From assembly GCA_010093745.1 (NCBI GenBank), contig MU005960.1, positions 124,001 through 185,555 on the forward strand: a stretch of 61,555 nucleotides of DNA, in the 5' to 3' direction. Positions 9,561 to 21,036 of the stretch are shown in pieces. Position 1 is the first letter of the stretch; the number at the start of each line of letters is the position of its first letter. The position numbers and the translations under genes are program-made. The stretch comes from Piedraia hortae CBS 480.64 (lineage: Eukaryota). The notes under the pieces are model-generated. The model saw only the letters and a list, made by a program, of their open reading frames with translations, ran no database searches and was not told where the DNA came from.

Positions 9561-10697
9561 TCATGGCTGCCTGTCCGTCTTCCACCTTTCCCGAATTTTT
9601 TCAACCTTCTCTCTGGTCTCTCGACTAACACAAAGCACCGGATCAACATCCTTAGTTCCTTCCGTCCCGATAACCCCCAACGCCGCGAGACCCAAATACG
9701 AATGATACAAATCCGGAATCTCTCCACTCGTCTTGGCAAACCCACCCAGAAACTCGTGCGAGGCATCCAAAACCGAATTCCTGAGCTTATTTCTATCATA
9801 CAACGGTGCATGAAGCATCTCAAGCGAAGCAGACACCCAGAACGCGTAGCATGTATCTACCGGCTTCGATGGACGGCCTGAAATACCGGCACAATAATCA
9901 TTTCCTGGGCTCTCGGCCTGAAGATTAACAAGCCAGCGAACAGAATTAAGTGGCAAGATGGGCGCACGCATATCGCCGGAGACACTCTCGCCCTGACCGT
10001 CTTTCAGACTATTCAATCTCCCAAACAGCCCCAACGCCCCCAGCGTCGTATACAAATACCCCGCGTGCGCCTCCCTGTACCTCCCGGTAGTCGGGACGCC
10101 CTCCCACGAACTCTCCTCCGCCTGCTGCACCCCCCTCACAAACCCATCCACATCCACATCCCCCTCTACATCCCCCCCACCCAGTAAATACCTCACTCCC
10201 GCCACACAAAACGCGAATCTCGTATCTCTCCCTCCCATAACCTCTTCTCCATGTAGCGTCTCCCCAAACGACCCATCCTGCCTCTGAAGTCTCCTCAACC
10301 AGCTAAGCGTAGCATCCCTCCTCACCCTCTCCAGATCATCCCGAAGAATAACCAACGTCGCGAGCGCAAAAAACGTAGCGGGCACGTGCGCGGGGTCCCA
10401 GATTGCGTTCTCAGCGGTTGCGGCCCCTCCGAGGTCTGTGCCGGAAAACATTCTGAACCCGCCGCCGGGGTGTTGGAGGGTATAGATGAAGTTTATGTAC
10501 GGGGCGAGTAGTTCAGGAGGGGGGAGGGCGGAGAGGAGGTCTAATGCTGAGATGATCATGAAGGCGAGGTAGAGACGGTTGCTATCGTTGGAAGTGTATG
10601 CTGAGGGTAGGAGGGAGTGGAGACATCGCTGCCAGTATTTGATTTGGAGGGGTTTGTTGAAGGGCATGGTAGGGGTAGGGATGGGCAACCCCACCAT
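9561..10697 (-). CDS. CDC43: Geranylgeranyl transferase type I beta subunit
   Basis: YWQRCL..LP..YTSNDSNR, LQRQDGSFGE, D.RF.FC, EAHAGY, GRPSKPVDTCYAFW, PDLYHSYLGLAAL (zinc-binding D-x-C and H). Confidence 0.9.
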   Translation of the reverse strand: MVGLPIPTPTMPFNKPLQIKYWQRCLHSLLPSAYTSNDSNRLYLAFMIISALDLLSALPPPELLAPYINFIYTLQHPGGGFRMFSGTDLGGAATAENAIWDPAHVPATFFALATLVILRDDLERVRRDATLSWLRRLQRQDGSFGETLHGEEVMGGRDTRFAFCVAGVRYLLGGGDVEGDVDVDGFVRGVQQAEESSWEGVPTTGRYREAHAGYLYTTLGALGLFGRLNSLKDGQGESVSGDMRAPILPLNSVRWLVNLQAESPGNDYCAGISGRPSKPVDTCYAFWVSASLEMLHAPLYDRNKLRNSVLDASHEFLGGFAKTSGEIPDLYHSYLGLAALGVIGTEGTKDVDPVLCVSRETREKVEKIRERWKTDRQP

Positions 10698-10825
10698 TGG
10701 TTGGGATGTGGGGTGGTGGGGTTGACAGCGGGTTCCTGCATGCGGGGAGCGGGGCTGACATGTGATTGTGAGCTTGACGGAGGCAGATGCTGTTATATGA
10801 ATGCAAAGCTGGGGATATCACGGGT

Positions 10826-11644
10826 CTATCTCAACGCAGCCTCCAACCTCCTCCCCACATTTCCCCAACAAATGGTCCCCACAAACGCCGCTGACGCAAA
10901 CCACGTAATGGCCGCGACTTTCTCCTGGCTCGCCAATCCGAACAGCACCCTCCCCACCTCCATCTCCCTCGGAACCACAAACCCCGGCCTCACAAGCAAA
11001 CAAACCCCCGTAACCGCCACCGCATTTCCCGCCGCAAGCCCAAACCCCGAAATCGTCCTGTCAATGAGGTACCAAATCGCGGGATTCGCCAGCGCAAGAG
11101 TAAGCGATAGTTGCATCGTCGACTCCCACGGTAGCCTCCTTATCGCGAATGCGACCCCCACAAACGCACTCACCGATCTCACGGCATGTAACCAGTCCTT
11201 CGTATCAGCCTCCTCAGTCTCCGCGTCTAGCCGCGGCAGTGCAAGACCCATGAGAACCGCACACCCCGCCCAAAGAACTGTCGGCGGACCCCCCGTTCCG
11301 CTGGGATGTAACTGTCCAATCAGAAAACCATAGAGCAGTCCCACCGCCACCAGAACCGCAACTCGCGCGACCAGCGAGAGTAGTAAATATCCCCGGGTTC
11401 TTTTCCGCGTGTACCTCCTGTCCGGCTTCCGTACAGTGGTAGGAGTCTGCGCCCCCGTGCCAAAGGGTGTATTGTCTTCCGTAGGCTGATAAATCCCCGA
11501 TAGCGTCGAGCCAGTCAGATTCAGAAAACTCTGAGTTTTGTACGGCGTGCCTCCTCCATCAACAGTACTTCTATCGTTCGTAGGCGTCGACGGAGCCGAG
11601 GACGGTGCGGAGGATAACTCGAACATGCGTGATGAAATAGCCAT
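10826..11644 (-). CDS. INSIG-family (Nsg1/Nsg2-like) ER membrane protein
   Basis: SFLNLTGSTLSGIY; WLHAVRSVSAFVGVAFAIRRLPWESTMQLSLTLALANPAIWYLIDRT; C-terminal WFASAAFVGTICWGNVGRRL. Confidence 0.85.
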   Translation of the reverse strand: MAISSRMFELSSAPSSAPSTPTNDRSTVDGGGTPYKTQSFLNLTGSTLSGIYQPTEDNTPFGTGAQTPTTVRKPDRRYTRKRTRGYLLLSLVARVAVLVAVGLLYGFLIGQLHPSGTGGPPTVLWAGCAVLMGLALPRLDAETEEADTKDWLHAVRSVSAFVGVAFAIRRLPWESTMQLSLTLALANPAIWYLIDRTISGFGLAAGNAVAVTGVCLLVRPGFVVPREMEVGRVLFGLASQEKVAAITWFASAAFVGTICWGNVGRRLEAALR

Positions 11645-11754
11645 CCTCCTCGCTCAATGACAGACAGGGCTGAGCATGTGATTGTCCCAATTTGATAAGC
11701 TAGCAGTAACCCTAACGGGTCGTGCCGCGACAGCCGCACCTCCAACACTCCTCT

Positions 11755-11786
11755 AAATTTTTTTTTTTTTTTTTTTTTGGGGGGGG
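11755..11786. promoter_or_regulatory. Poly(dT) tract with RRPE-like AAATTTTT in the short divergent INSIG/YTM1 promoter
   Basis: aaa followed by ~21 T and a G run just upstream of the YTM1 ATG. Confidence 0.45.
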
Positions 11787-11797
11787 AGGGCTGCGCA

Positions 11798-13057
11798 ATG
11801 GCGACAACCCAGCTCCGCATCCGCCTGCACACGCAAAGCGAGGACCTCAAACTCCCCTCCGACCACGGACCAGTCGTCGTCTCGACCTCTCTTGCGCGCT
11901 ACCAGCTCTCCATCCTTGTCAACAAGCTATTACAAACTGAGAAGCCCATCCCCTTTGAGTTCCTAATCCAGAGCCAGTTCCTCCGAACCTCGCTGGGGGA
12001 GTTTCTCGCAAAAAATGGGATTGCGAATGAGAGCGTACTCAACGTGGAGTATGTTCGCGCGCTGGCCCCACCGCTTTATGTGGCGAGTTACGAGCATGAG
12101 GATTGGGTTTCCGCCGTGGATGCGCAGGATGAGAGGGTGTTGAGTGGGAGTTATGATGGGTTGGTTCGGGTTTGGAATGAGGTCAATGAAATTGTTGCGA
12201 TGGGGGAGGGACATCTTGGGCCGGTAAAGGCTGCGAGGTTCGCGGAAGGGTGTGTTGTGAGTGGTGGGATGGATAGGACGGTTAGGGTGTGGGCAAAAGG
12301 TTTGAGGCCGGTGATGGAACTGTATGGGCATCATGGCCCCGTTGAGAGTGTTGCTGTGCGGGGGTCGAAGGTTTTGTCCGCTTCCGCGGATGGGAGGGTG
12401 GGGGTTTGGAGTACGAGTTCCACGGCCCTGCCTGAGGCGTCGGATGAGCTTGTGCCCGTGGCGAACAAGAGACGGAGGTTGAGCGTTGCGGAGAACCAAA
12501 AGGGACCGTTGGACATGCTTGAGGGACATCATGCACAGGTTTCGGATGTTTGTTTCGATGAGGGAGATCCGACGGTTGCGTATAGCACGTCGTGGGATCA
12601 TTGTGTTAAGACTTGGGATTTGACGACGGGGATGTGTGTTGATACGAGAAGCACGGCGCAGAGTTTGTTGAGTATCTGCCATTTGCAGGAGCAGTCGCTG
12701 CTGGCGGTGGGGACGGTGAATAGACATATTACCTTGGTGGATCCAAGGACATCGGCGACGAATGTATCCGTCATGACGCTGAGGGGACACACGAATGTTG
12801 TTGTCTCGCTGGATAGAGCGCCTGATTCGGCTACGCAGCTTATATCCGCGAGTCACGATGGGACGTGTCGGATTTGGGATCTGAGGTCGATCCACAACGA
12901 TGCAGCAGAGAAAGTCAGCGAGAGTGTCTATGTTATACACCGGAAGAGTGCAGAGGGGAAGAAGACGACAAAAGTCTTTGACGTATGCTGGGATAAGCAG
13001 CTGGGCGTGTTGAGTGCCGGGGAGGACAAGTGTATACAGGTAAACCGGCCGGGATAG
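11798..13057 (+). CDS. YTM1: Ribosome biogenesis WD40 protein Ytm1/WDR12
   Basis: N-terminal NLE domain (LSILVNKLL.TEKPIPFEFLI..QFLRTSL..FL..NGI..E..L.VEY), HEDWVSAV, WD repeats, SWDHCVKTWDL. Confidence 0.92.
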   Translation: MATTQLRIRLHTQSEDLKLPSDHGPVVVSTSLARYQLSILVNKLLQTEKPIPFEFLIQSQFLRTSLGEFLAKNGIANESVLNVEYVRALAPPLYVASYEHEDWVSAVDAQDERVLSGSYDGLVRVWNEVNEIVAMGEGHLGPVKAARFAEGCVVSGGMDRTVRVWAKGLRPVMELYGHHGPVESVAVRGSKVLSASADGRVGVWSTSSTALPEASDELVPVANKRRRLSVAENQKGPLDMLEGHHAQVSDVCFDEGDPTVAYSTSWDHCVKTWDLTTGMCVDTRSTAQSLLSICHLQEQSLLAVGTVNRHITLVDPRTSATNVSVMTLRGHTNVVVSLDRAPDSATQLISASHDGTCRIWDLRSIHNDAAEKVSESVYVIHRKSAEGKKTTKVFDVCWDKQLGVLSAGEDKCIQVNRPG

Positions 13058-13113
13058 GTAATCGTTTACGCTCTGCCAAGCCCACAGCCCCCTACATACA
13101 CCATCTCTCCCCC

Positions 13114-14295
13114 TCACAATAATCCCCTGCTCTCCCCCTCAACCCAAACTGCATTCATCCCAAACCCCGGCTCATTGACCTCAACCCTAGCCACCCTCCC
13201 CAACTCCATCGCATTAAACCTATAAACCTCAACGAAACCCCTCTCATCATCCGTCAACGCAACAAACTCCTCCTCCCACGGACACGGCGCAACCGCATTC
13301 GAGTGTCCACCGCTCGTACTCGTCGGGGTCATCACCACCCTCCTTTCAATCCCCTTATCCCCCAATTCAAAGACACTTAAATACCCCGAAAAGTTCTTGT
13401 CATTCGACCTCGCCGTCGCGAAGAGGTACTTCCCACTCGGCGATACAACGCACACATCAGAGCGGAACATCCCCGGATATGTGGTGTTATATCCCTTTGG
13501 TACGAGATCATACGCTTCCCCGGTATAGCCCGGCTTGTGTGAGGAGAGGCGGTAAACGCAGAGTCTGTTCCCCGCTTCCATCAGCACAAAGAGGAACCTA
13601 TCCCCCCGCGAAATCGAAACCCAGCGGGGGTGGTCGTTCGGGTCCGGCGCGGGAGTGGAATCTACGTACTCCAGCTCGCCGTTCGGTAACTACCGCCCAT
13701 CAGCAAAGCCAAAGCCTAAAGGAGGGATGGAATACCTTCCTATGCGTCCAAATCCTATTCGCCCACATATCGGCACTGTACAGGTACCCCTCCCCCTCGT
13801 CAAACACCATCCCATGCACCGCCGACTTCTCCTCTAACCTCACATCCTGAATCGTCCGATCTAGCGTCCCGGAGGGTGTCACCCTCTGCACATTAATGTA
13901 CCCCGCGTGGTCATAGAACGGGTTACAGTAAACGTAATACGGCGACTTACGGCCTGCGAGGCAGAAAATCGCGCGGGTCTTTGTCTCGCTTCGCGCTGCC
14001 CGCGGGTCGCCGGTTAGAGGGAGGGAGACATCGTGGGTTATCGTGGTGTTGTTGATGGTGTAACTCCCCCATTTCTTCATTCCCGCGCCGTAGAGGTTTT
14101 TGCGGTTGTGCGAAGGGGTAAGCCATGATATAGGCTCGTCGTGGGGTATGGGGGTTCGCTTGAGGAGGGTCAAGCGGTGAGTTACGCTGTCGAAGGTGAA
14201 GATGAAGAGTGCGCCTGGGGGGGTCCTGATGGGTTAATCGGGGTTTTGGGGACGGGAGAGACAAACCAGGTCCCGACGATGAGGTTGTATTTCAT
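13114..14295 (-). CDS. 3-carboxy-cis,cis-muconate lactonizing enzyme (beta-propeller lactonase), 3 exons; introns 14266-14226 and 13735-13690
   Basis: Spliced product MKYNLIVGTWTPPGALF...DEPISWL...TRAIF...HGMVFD...YLYSADMWANRIWTHRK...DHPRWV...SGGHSNAVAPCPW...EPGFGMNAVW closely follows fungal CMLE. Confidence 0.9.
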
Positions 14296-14462
14296 TTTGG
14301 ATGCTTGGTTCAAACCTCCAACCAAGTTGGTCGGAGTGGAGATACTTGGTTACGGGCGGGGTCCAATCTGCCCGGTGGCAAGTTATTAGGTATCATACAC
14401 TGCATAAAAGCTGCTGCAGGGGGTGAACGAGACTTCAGTTCCTCTTCATTCTACGAACAAAG

Positions 14463-14918
14463 ATGGGCGGACTCTCGAGATCGCACTCGGATTCAAACAC
14501 GCACTACTATTTTACTCGCCCGGCTACGTCGTCGTCTAGGGGTGTGTTTTCTGGACCACGCAGTCGTTCGTCGGGGAGGTATTCCTATTATCGTCGCCGC
14601 CCAAGAGATGGATACATTGCACAGTTGGTCCACAGATTAAAGCGCATGGTGCGCGAACTTTGGGCGTACGCGAAGAGACATCCGCTCAAGGCGTTCTTTG
14701 CAATTGTCGTGCCGCTGTTGAGCGCAGGTGGCGCGTTGCATGGATTGTTGCGACAACTGGGCATCAGGATTCCGGTGTTGGATGGGTTTGAGAGGAGGTA
14801 TACTGGAGCGGGAGGATACTATGGAAGTCGGGGGTATGATCCGGGCTATGGACATGGGGCTGATGATTGGTATGAAACGGCGGGAAACTTGGTGCAGATT
14901 GTGAGGCAGTTTGTTTAG
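14463..14918 (+). CDS. Hypothetical protein (Arg/Ser-rich N-terminus, hydrophobic segment)
   Basis: 151 aa ORF filling the gap between two genes: YYRRRPRDGYI...LWAYAKRHPLKAFFAIVVPLLSAGGALHGLL. Confidence 0.65.
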   Translation: MGGLSRSHSDSNTHYYFTRPATSSSRGVFSGPRSRSSGRYSYYRRRPRDGYIAQLVHRLKRMVRELWAYAKRHPLKAFFAIVVPLLSAGGALHGLLRQLGIRIPVLDGFERRYTGAGGYYGSRGYDPGYGHGADDWYETAGNLVQIVRQFV

Positions 14919-14988
14919 GACATGGCTGGGTATCGCTTTGACGCGGAAGAACGAGGGGCAATCACATCTTTGTCACTTTGTTCCTAGT

Positions 14989-15618
14989 CTACTTCTCCGG
15001 CGCCTCGGGCAGCCTCTCAATCTTGTACCCTCCCCGAGCCACGCTTATGATTGGCACACCGGGGATCTTTCTCAGCCTCCGCTTCAAGTCCTTGTCATTT
15101 GTTCCCACGAGGTAAACTCGATGCTTCATCACTCGGTCGACAATGCAGTCGTCGGCATAGGTGCCCTTGTGGTCGCATTTCAACCTCTCCCACCTCTCGT
15201 CCCGTGCAATCTGTAGCGCAATGCGGTACTTTTGTCCCAGTTTCTCCAACTCTGCCATGACGCAATCGGTTATTATCGGATTGCAAGTCGCATACAGCGT
15301 GTCCATTAGCGAGGGGAGAAGTGGCAGCTTGTGGTGGACAGTATGTGAGAGGAAGTTGGTATCGATGAGGATCTGATAAGGCGGCACGAGGGCTGTGTTG
15401 TGGGCAAAGAAGAGATTGCTCTGCATGCGAGGTCTGGCAAACTGTTAGCCGGTGTACATAATGGTGAAGAAAAAGACTTGCACTTCTCGAACGACGTTAT
15501 CATCCTTATCGGATTTTGGTTTGGACGTCCTGACAAGGTTCTTCCTAATCCTCGAGTCTCGCTGGGATATGACGCGCTTGACTTGGGCAAACTTGCGGGT
15601 GCGCTTTGCGGTGCCCAT
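14989..15618 (-). CDS. FCF1: PIN-domain rRNA-processing protein Fcf1/Utp24; intron 15481-15434 (GC-AG)
   Basis: MGTAKRTRKFAQVKRVIS..D.R spliced to ...LVPPYQILIDTNFL...ITDCVMAELEKLG.KYRIAL...HKGTYADDCIV...TNDKDLKRRLRKIPGVPI. Confidence 0.93.
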
Positions 15619-15778
15619 TTTGCTGCAGTGGAGGATGTGACAATTGAGAAATGTGGGGATGTGACGTTCCAAGAATAGCCCAGCCGTTGAGCTAACCAAA
15701 TGTGATCATGCACACGTGGACTAGCGTGCGCCACCGACCCAATTTCCCATAGCAACAGACAAACAAACAACTCGCGAG

Positions 15779-16555
15779 ATGGCGACAACATGGCTGTTAC
15801 TTGCCCTGGCTGCAGGAATTCAGACACAATCGACCCTCGACGATCCAGCAGCAACGTCGGCAGCTTCTGAATCAACGACAACCACGGGTTCAACCGCAAA
15901 ATCCACCAACAATGGCCACCGACCGACCGATCTTCCCACCATCCCCGGCGCTGCAGTACCACAAATCACCATCCCCGACACCTCTTCAGCGCCATTTATG
16001 CAAAAATCCTCCCTACCGCAAGGCACCGTATTCATCGCCGTCGGTGGTGCCCTGGCTTTCATGTTCCTCTGCGTCCTAGCCTGGCGGGGACTAGTCGCAT
16101 GGAGCGTCCGACGCTCAGTCAAGAAAGCAACTCTTGGGCCAGTCCGGAGCGAGAAATCCGTCTACAACAGCCATCAATACCAACCCGCCCCGCGAAGCAG
16201 CGTCTACGACGAGCCTCCAGCACGCGGCAGCATCGTGTCGCTGGACCCTCTCACCAGCTCCGGGAAACAAGTCAGACCTACCAGCCGCCGTGAAGACGGC
16301 GATGAAGACCTATTCTTCTCCCCAACAGCACACAACAGTCCGAACCCAGACTATACGAACCGCCACTCCCTCCCACCCGGCTACTACCCCCCAACGTCGT
16401 CCCACTCCCAACGCCACCCCTCAGGCCTCGTCCCTGGAAAACGTCGTTCGCGTCCCCAAAGCTGGGTCGAAGAAGGCGACCTCTCCTCTGGCCGTAGAGT
16501 TCCAAGCGCATATCTAGAAGAACTGTTCGATAATCACGGCCATCGTAGGAGATGA
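15779..16555 (+). CDS. Signal peptide plus single-TM Csi2-like protein
   Basis: Signal peptide, Ser/Thr-rich region, APFMQKSSLPQGTVFIAVG-TM, LFFSPTA, C-terminal R.PSAYLEELF. Confidence 0.7.
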   Translation: MATTWLLLALAAGIQTQSTLDDPAATSAASESTTTTGSTAKSTNNGHRPTDLPTIPGAAVPQITIPDTSSAPFMQKSSLPQGTVFIAVGGALAFMFLCVLAWRGLVAWSVRRSVKKATLGPVRSEKSVYNSHQYQPAPRSSVYDEPPARGSIVSLDPLTSSGKQVRPTSRREDGDEDLFFSPTAHNSPNPDYTNRHSLPPGYYPPTSSHSQRHPSGLVPGKRRSRPQSWVEEGDLSSGRRVPSAYLEELFDNHGHRRR

Positions 16556-16592
16556 ACACAAAAATCATTATCCTACATCCTCAGTCCCCCCC

Positions 16593-16602
16593 NNNNNNNN
16601 NN
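16593..16602. other. Assembly gap (10 N)
   Basis: Run of n between a C homopolymer and a poly-A. Confidence 1.
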
Positions 16603-16650
16603 CCCAAAAAAAAAAAAAAAGTCCACTAACCCAATGCTACAAATAATACA

Positions 16651-17368
16651 TCAGCCAACCCACTCCACCCTCCTCCTCCCCAGTCTATCCCCCAACGCCT
16701 CAGCCCAGACGCCCGCCATGGTCTCATATCCCCCATCAGTCGGATGCGTCCCATCTCTCCCAATGTCCTCCTTCCTAACCCTACACATATCCACAACCTC
16801 AACTCCCTCCATCCCAATCCCTTTCAATTCCCCATTAAACTGATCCACACACACCCCAACCCGTAAATTAACTACCAGCGTCGAAACCAACACCCCCGCC
16901 CGCGGAGCATGCTTCCTCAACTCCCCCAAAAAGTCTTTCAACCGCTCAACCGCAGCAGCGGGCTCGCTGCCTTGGACACAGTCGTTCGTACCCAAGTGAA
17001 CTAGGATCCAGTCGGGCTGTAAATTCGAAACATCCTGAAGGGATAAAGCTGCTACCTCGGAAATTGTTTTTCCGGGGTATGCTTCGCAGAGGTTGTTGGA
17101 CATGTTCCCGTGCGGGATTGTCCCGGTGAAGGTTATGTTTGGGGAACGGGTGAGGAGGGTCGAGAGGAGGGTGGACCGGAAGCCGTTGCCGGAAGAGGAG
17201 CCTTGGCCGTAGACGATGCTGGCGCCGAGGGGCATTATGCTTAGGGAGAGGGTGGCTAGGGTGGGGGGGTCAGTCGGGTTTTTTTGACGGGGGAGGTTGA
17301 TGTTTTGGGGAGGGCATACGGATACTCCAGAGGAGGAGGAGTAGGAGAGGGAGGGGGAGGTGGGTCAT
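16651..17368 (-). CDS. Secreted SGNH/GDSL esterase (carbohydrate esterase family 3-like); intron 17319-17256
   Basis: Exon 1 MTHLPLPLLLLLLWSI is a signal peptide. IMPLGASI (block I), HLGTND (block III), DGTHP (block V). Confidence 0.85.
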
Positions 17369-17886
17369 GCGGTTCTGTTATGGGAGGGGATGCATTGGGG
17401 GTATTTGAGGTTCCCCGATGTTTGAGAGGGAGTTTGGACGTGAGGAACTGTGAGAGATTGTTTTATATTTGGGTCGGGAAGTTCATGGTGAGTATGGCCT
17501 TATCTGACGCGATGCGTGTCAGATATAGTTCTCTTTCGGGGTGTTTCAGGATTGGGTGGTATGAAACCACAACGAGTTTGAAACGGCTGCCCTTTGGGAA
17601 AGGTTGAGGATTTGTCGGGAGAGTCGTTCTACCGGAAAGTATTCTCATTCTTGCTGCCTAGGGGAAACCACTTTTTCGTGTAGTCTCATTTTGTGAAGAC
17701 TCGGAACTTTCACGTCAAAAGTCGGCAATTGCAATCGCGAAGCTGTATCAGCAACGACCCCAGCAAGACTTGTGAATGTTCCTGCATGTTTGCATTCTGC
17801 TTTTCCCGTCAGAGTTTGCAATCTGCGTGCCTTCCATGTTAAGCTAGACTGATACCGTCTCTTACGGTAACTAATTACCCACTAGA

Positions 17887-17915
17887 ACGCGCGACCGACG
17901 CGTCCTCAAACGCGT
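17887..17915. promoter_or_regulatory. Clustered MCB (ACGCGT) cell-cycle elements upstream of MSH3
   Basis: ACGCGCG at 17887 and ACGCGT at 17898 and 17910, within about 50 nt of the ATG of a DNA-repair gene. Confidence 0.7.
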
Positions 17916-17937
17916 CTCGGAAAAGTGTTCGACGACC

Positions 17938-20900
17938 ATGGCAAGCCCTGCGCAAAAGCAGCAGAAATCCATTTCCAGTTTCTTCACTCAAGATGCCGCC
18001 AAGAAGCGAACGCTAGACGACGCGAACGGATCAGAAGCGAAAAGAGTAAAAGAAACGCCGCAGCCAGCAGGAGAAATTCCGCGGCCAGCAGAACTCACCG
18101 CAAAGCAAAAGAGAGAGCTGCACGAAAAGTTCGTACAGAAGCTAGGCCGGCCACAAGCTGTTGTAAACAAACCAGAAGCAGACGAAAATGAAGAAGAAAA
18201 CTCCGAAGAGGAACCAGAGCCTTTGACGACCAGAAAAGGACCCAAGAAACTCACCCCTCTGCAGAAGCAAGTGATAGATATCAAGAAGAAATTTCCCGAT
18301 ACATTGCTGGTGGTGGAGGTTGGGTACAAGTTTCAGTTTTGGGGCGAGGATGCCAGAATTGCGGCAGAAGTGCTGAGCATTGTGTGCATTCCGGGCAAGT
18401 TACGGTTTGATGAGCACCCGTCCGAAGCACATTTGAACCGCTTCGCTTCGGCGAGTATTCCCGTCCATAGGCTGCATGTTCATGTTAAGAGGCTCGTAGC
18501 TGCTGGGCATAAAGTCGGCATTGTCAGGCAGCTGGAGACTGCCGCTTTGAAGGCGGCAGGGGATAATAAGAATAAGGCGTTTGAACGGGGCTTGACTAAT
18601 CTGTATACCAAGGGGACGTATGTTGATGATGAGGATGGTGGCTCGGCGGGCCACATGCTCTGCCTGACAGAGTCGAAAGCAAAGTCTAATGAAAAGGTGC
18701 AGATTGGGATCGTAGCTGTACAGCCGTCAACGGGGGATATTATCTATGACGATTTCGAAGATGGCTGGATGGGGACAGAGCTGGAGACTAGACTATTGCA
18801 TATCTCCCCTTCAGAGTTTGTTTTGGTTGGCGACGTCTCTCCCACGACGGAGAAGATTATCAGCCACCTCTCGGGGAGTCGGAGTAATGTTTTTGGGGAT
18901 AGAGCAAGGCTGGAACGAGTCCAGAAGAAAAAAGCCAGTGAAGCTCGCAGTGAAGTCACGTCGTTCTATGCTAAAGCAGAGACCTCAACATTCTTGGATA
19001 AGATCGAACAGCTCTCGGACAATAACATGATCTGTTTGTCATCTATGATTAATCACCTCAGCGACTACAAGCTGGAGCACGTGTTTGACTTGACGAAGAA
19101 CTTTCAATCGTTCAAGTCGCGGTCTCATATGCTCTTAAATGGCAATACTCTGACCAGCCTAGAGGTGTATCTCAATCAGACTGACAATACAGAACGTGGC
19201 AGCCTGTTCTGGACCCTCGACCGCACAAAGACTAAATTCGGCCAGAGGCTGCTGCGTAAGTGGGTCGGCAGACCGCTGGTCGATCGCGAAAAACTGGAAG
19301 AGCGAGTCGCAGCCGTAGCTGAACTAAAAGAAGAATCCGAAGCGGCAGAGCGACTCCGAAACCTCCTTACACGCATCAAAATTGACCTCGAAAAAGGCCT
19401 CATCAGAGTATTCTACCAAAAATGTTCCCGTCCAGAACTCTTCAACATCCTCCAAACCCTCCGCGACGTGGCCCAAGAATATTCCCCCGAAGAACCCTCT
19501 CCCTTCCACAGCCCCCTCCTCAAAACCTACATATCCACCCTCCCCACCATCCTCCCCACCATTCTCACCACCCTCTCCAAAATCAGCCCTCACGCCGCCA
19601 AAGAAGACAACAAATACGAATTCTTCACCGAATCCCACGAGTCGGAACTAATTACGGACCTAAAGCTAAGCATTCACTCCACCGAAGTCCAACTCTCCGA
19701 ATTCAAAACCACCGCTGCAACCCTCCTGCAACGCAAATCAATCGACTACGTAACCATCTCCGGAATCGACTATCTAATCGAACTCCCTTCCACCTACAAA
19801 TCCATCCCCCCCAGCTGGATCAAGATCAACTCTACGAAAACCAAATCACGCTACCACGCGCCCGAGATCATCCAACTTCTCCAAACCCGCGACCTCCTCA
19901 AAGAAAAACTCTCATCGGCGTGTAATGATGCCTTTACTGCTCTCTTAGCCACCTTATCATCCTCCTACCCCCTCCTAAGAGAGACAATCTCCTCCCTCGC
20001 AAAACTAGATTCCCTCCTCTCCCTGTCCGAAGTCGCTTCCCAACCCGGCTATGTGCGTCCAACATACACCGCCACTCCATGTCTGAAGATCAAGAAAGCA
20101 AGACACCCAATGATCGAATCCCTCCTCCCCACGCCTTTCATCCCGAATGATATCTCGCTAGACCCCGCTTCGCGGGGGCTGCTGATCACAGGCCCGAATA
20201 TGGGCGGGAAGAGCTCGTATGTTCGCTCCGCGGCCTTACTGGCGATCATGGCGCAGGTTGGGTCGTATCTGCCTGCGGCTGAGGCGAGCGTTGGGTTACT
20301 AGATGCGGTTTTTACGAGGATGGGGGCTTGTGATAATGTTATGAAGGGGGAGAGTACGTTTATGGTTGAGTTGGGGGAGACGAGTGAGATACTGAGGTTG
20401 GTGACTCCGAGGAGTTTGGTGGTACTGGATGAGTTGGGGAGGGGGACGGGGACGAGGGATGGGGAGGCGGTTGCGAGGGGTGTGCTTGAGTACCTGGTCA
20501 AAGAGGTGGGGTGTTTGACGTTGTTTGTGACGCATTATATGGGGTTGGCGAGGGTGGGGATGGAGATGGGTGGGACTGAAAGGGGAGAGGGGGACCGACG
20601 GGGAATGATTGAAGACGGGCGAGCTGAATTGCTGGAGGACGGGTGTGTTGCTGGTGCACAGGATGGAAAGGATCCTCCCCAGAAAGATGGGAGGGATGGG
20701 AGGGATGCTTCGCATGATGCTCCCCAGGAGGATGGGAGGATCGCCCCGCTGAAAAATATCCACATGCGCTTCGCGGAGAGATCCGTGGGCAACGAGACGG
20801 AGATTACGTTTTTGTATGAGGTCGGCGAGGGCGTGGCGCACAGGAGCTATGGGCTCAATGTTGCAAGACTTGCGGGATTACCGTCCAGTATTCTGCAGCT

Positions 20901-21036
20901 TGCACGTGAGAAGAGTCATGAGATGGAATTGATGGAGAAGAAGAGGAGGGTGGAGAATGCTGTGCTGAGTTTGGGGAGGGTGTTTAAAGGGGATGGGGGT
21001 GTGGGGGATTTGGTGAAGAGGATTGAGGAGTTGTGA
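17938..21036 (+). CDS. MSH3: DNA mismatch repair protein Msh3
   Basis: [36 protein letters not shown] (Msh3-type), Walker [38 protein letters not shown]. Intronless, 1032 aa. Confidence 0.95.
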   Translation: MASPAQKQQKSISSFFTQDAAKKRTLDDANGSEAKRVKETPQPAGEIPRPAELTAKQKRELHEKFVQKLGRPQAVVNKPEADENEEENSEEEPEPLTTRKGPKKLTPLQKQVIDIKKKFPDTLLVVEVGYKFQFWGEDARIAAEVLSIVCIPGKLRFDEHPSEAHLNRFASASIPVHRLHVHVKRLVAAGHKVGIVRQLETAALKAAGDNKNKAFERGLTNLYTKGTYVDDEDGGSAGHMLCLTESKAKSNEKVQIGIVAVQPSTGDIIYDDFEDGWMGTELETRLLHISPSEFVLVGDVSPTTEKIISHLSGSRSNVFGDRARLERVQKKKASEARSEVTSFYAKAETSTFLDKIEQLSDNNMICLSSMINHLSDYKLEHVFDLTKNFQSFKSRSHMLLNGNTLTSLEVYLNQTDNTERGSLFWTLDRTKTKFGQRLLRKWVGRPLVDREKLEERVAAVAELKEESEAAERLRNLLTRIKIDLEKGLIRVFYQKCSRPELFNILQTLRDVAQEYSPEEPSPFHSPLLKTYISTLPTILPTILTTLSKISPHAAKEDNKYEFFTESHESELITDLKLSIHSTEVQLSEFKTTAATLLQRKSIDYVTISGIDYLIELPSTYKSIPPSWIKINSTKTKSRYHAPEIIQLLQTRDLLKEKLSSACNDAFTALLATLSSSYPLLRETISSLAKLDSLLSLSEVASQPGYVRPTYTATPCLKIKKARHPMIESLLPTPFIPNDISLDPASRGLLITGPNMGGKSSYVRSAALLAIMAQVGSYLPAAEASVGLLDAVFTRMGACDNVMKGESTFMVELGETSEILRLVTPRSLVVLDELGRGTGTRDGEAVARGVLEYLVKEVGCLTLFVTHYMGLARVGMEMGGTERGEGDRRGMIEDGRAELLEDGCVAGAQDGKDPPQKDGRDGRDASHDAPQEDGRIAPLKNIHMRFAERSVGNETEITFLYEVGEGVAHRSYGLNVARLAGLPSSILQLAREKSHEMELMEKKRRVENAVLSLGRVFKGDGGVGDLVKRIEEL

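Noticed and set aside
11963..13117. 384 aa minus-strand ORF
   Set aside because: Antisense to YTM1; a product of skewed codon usage.
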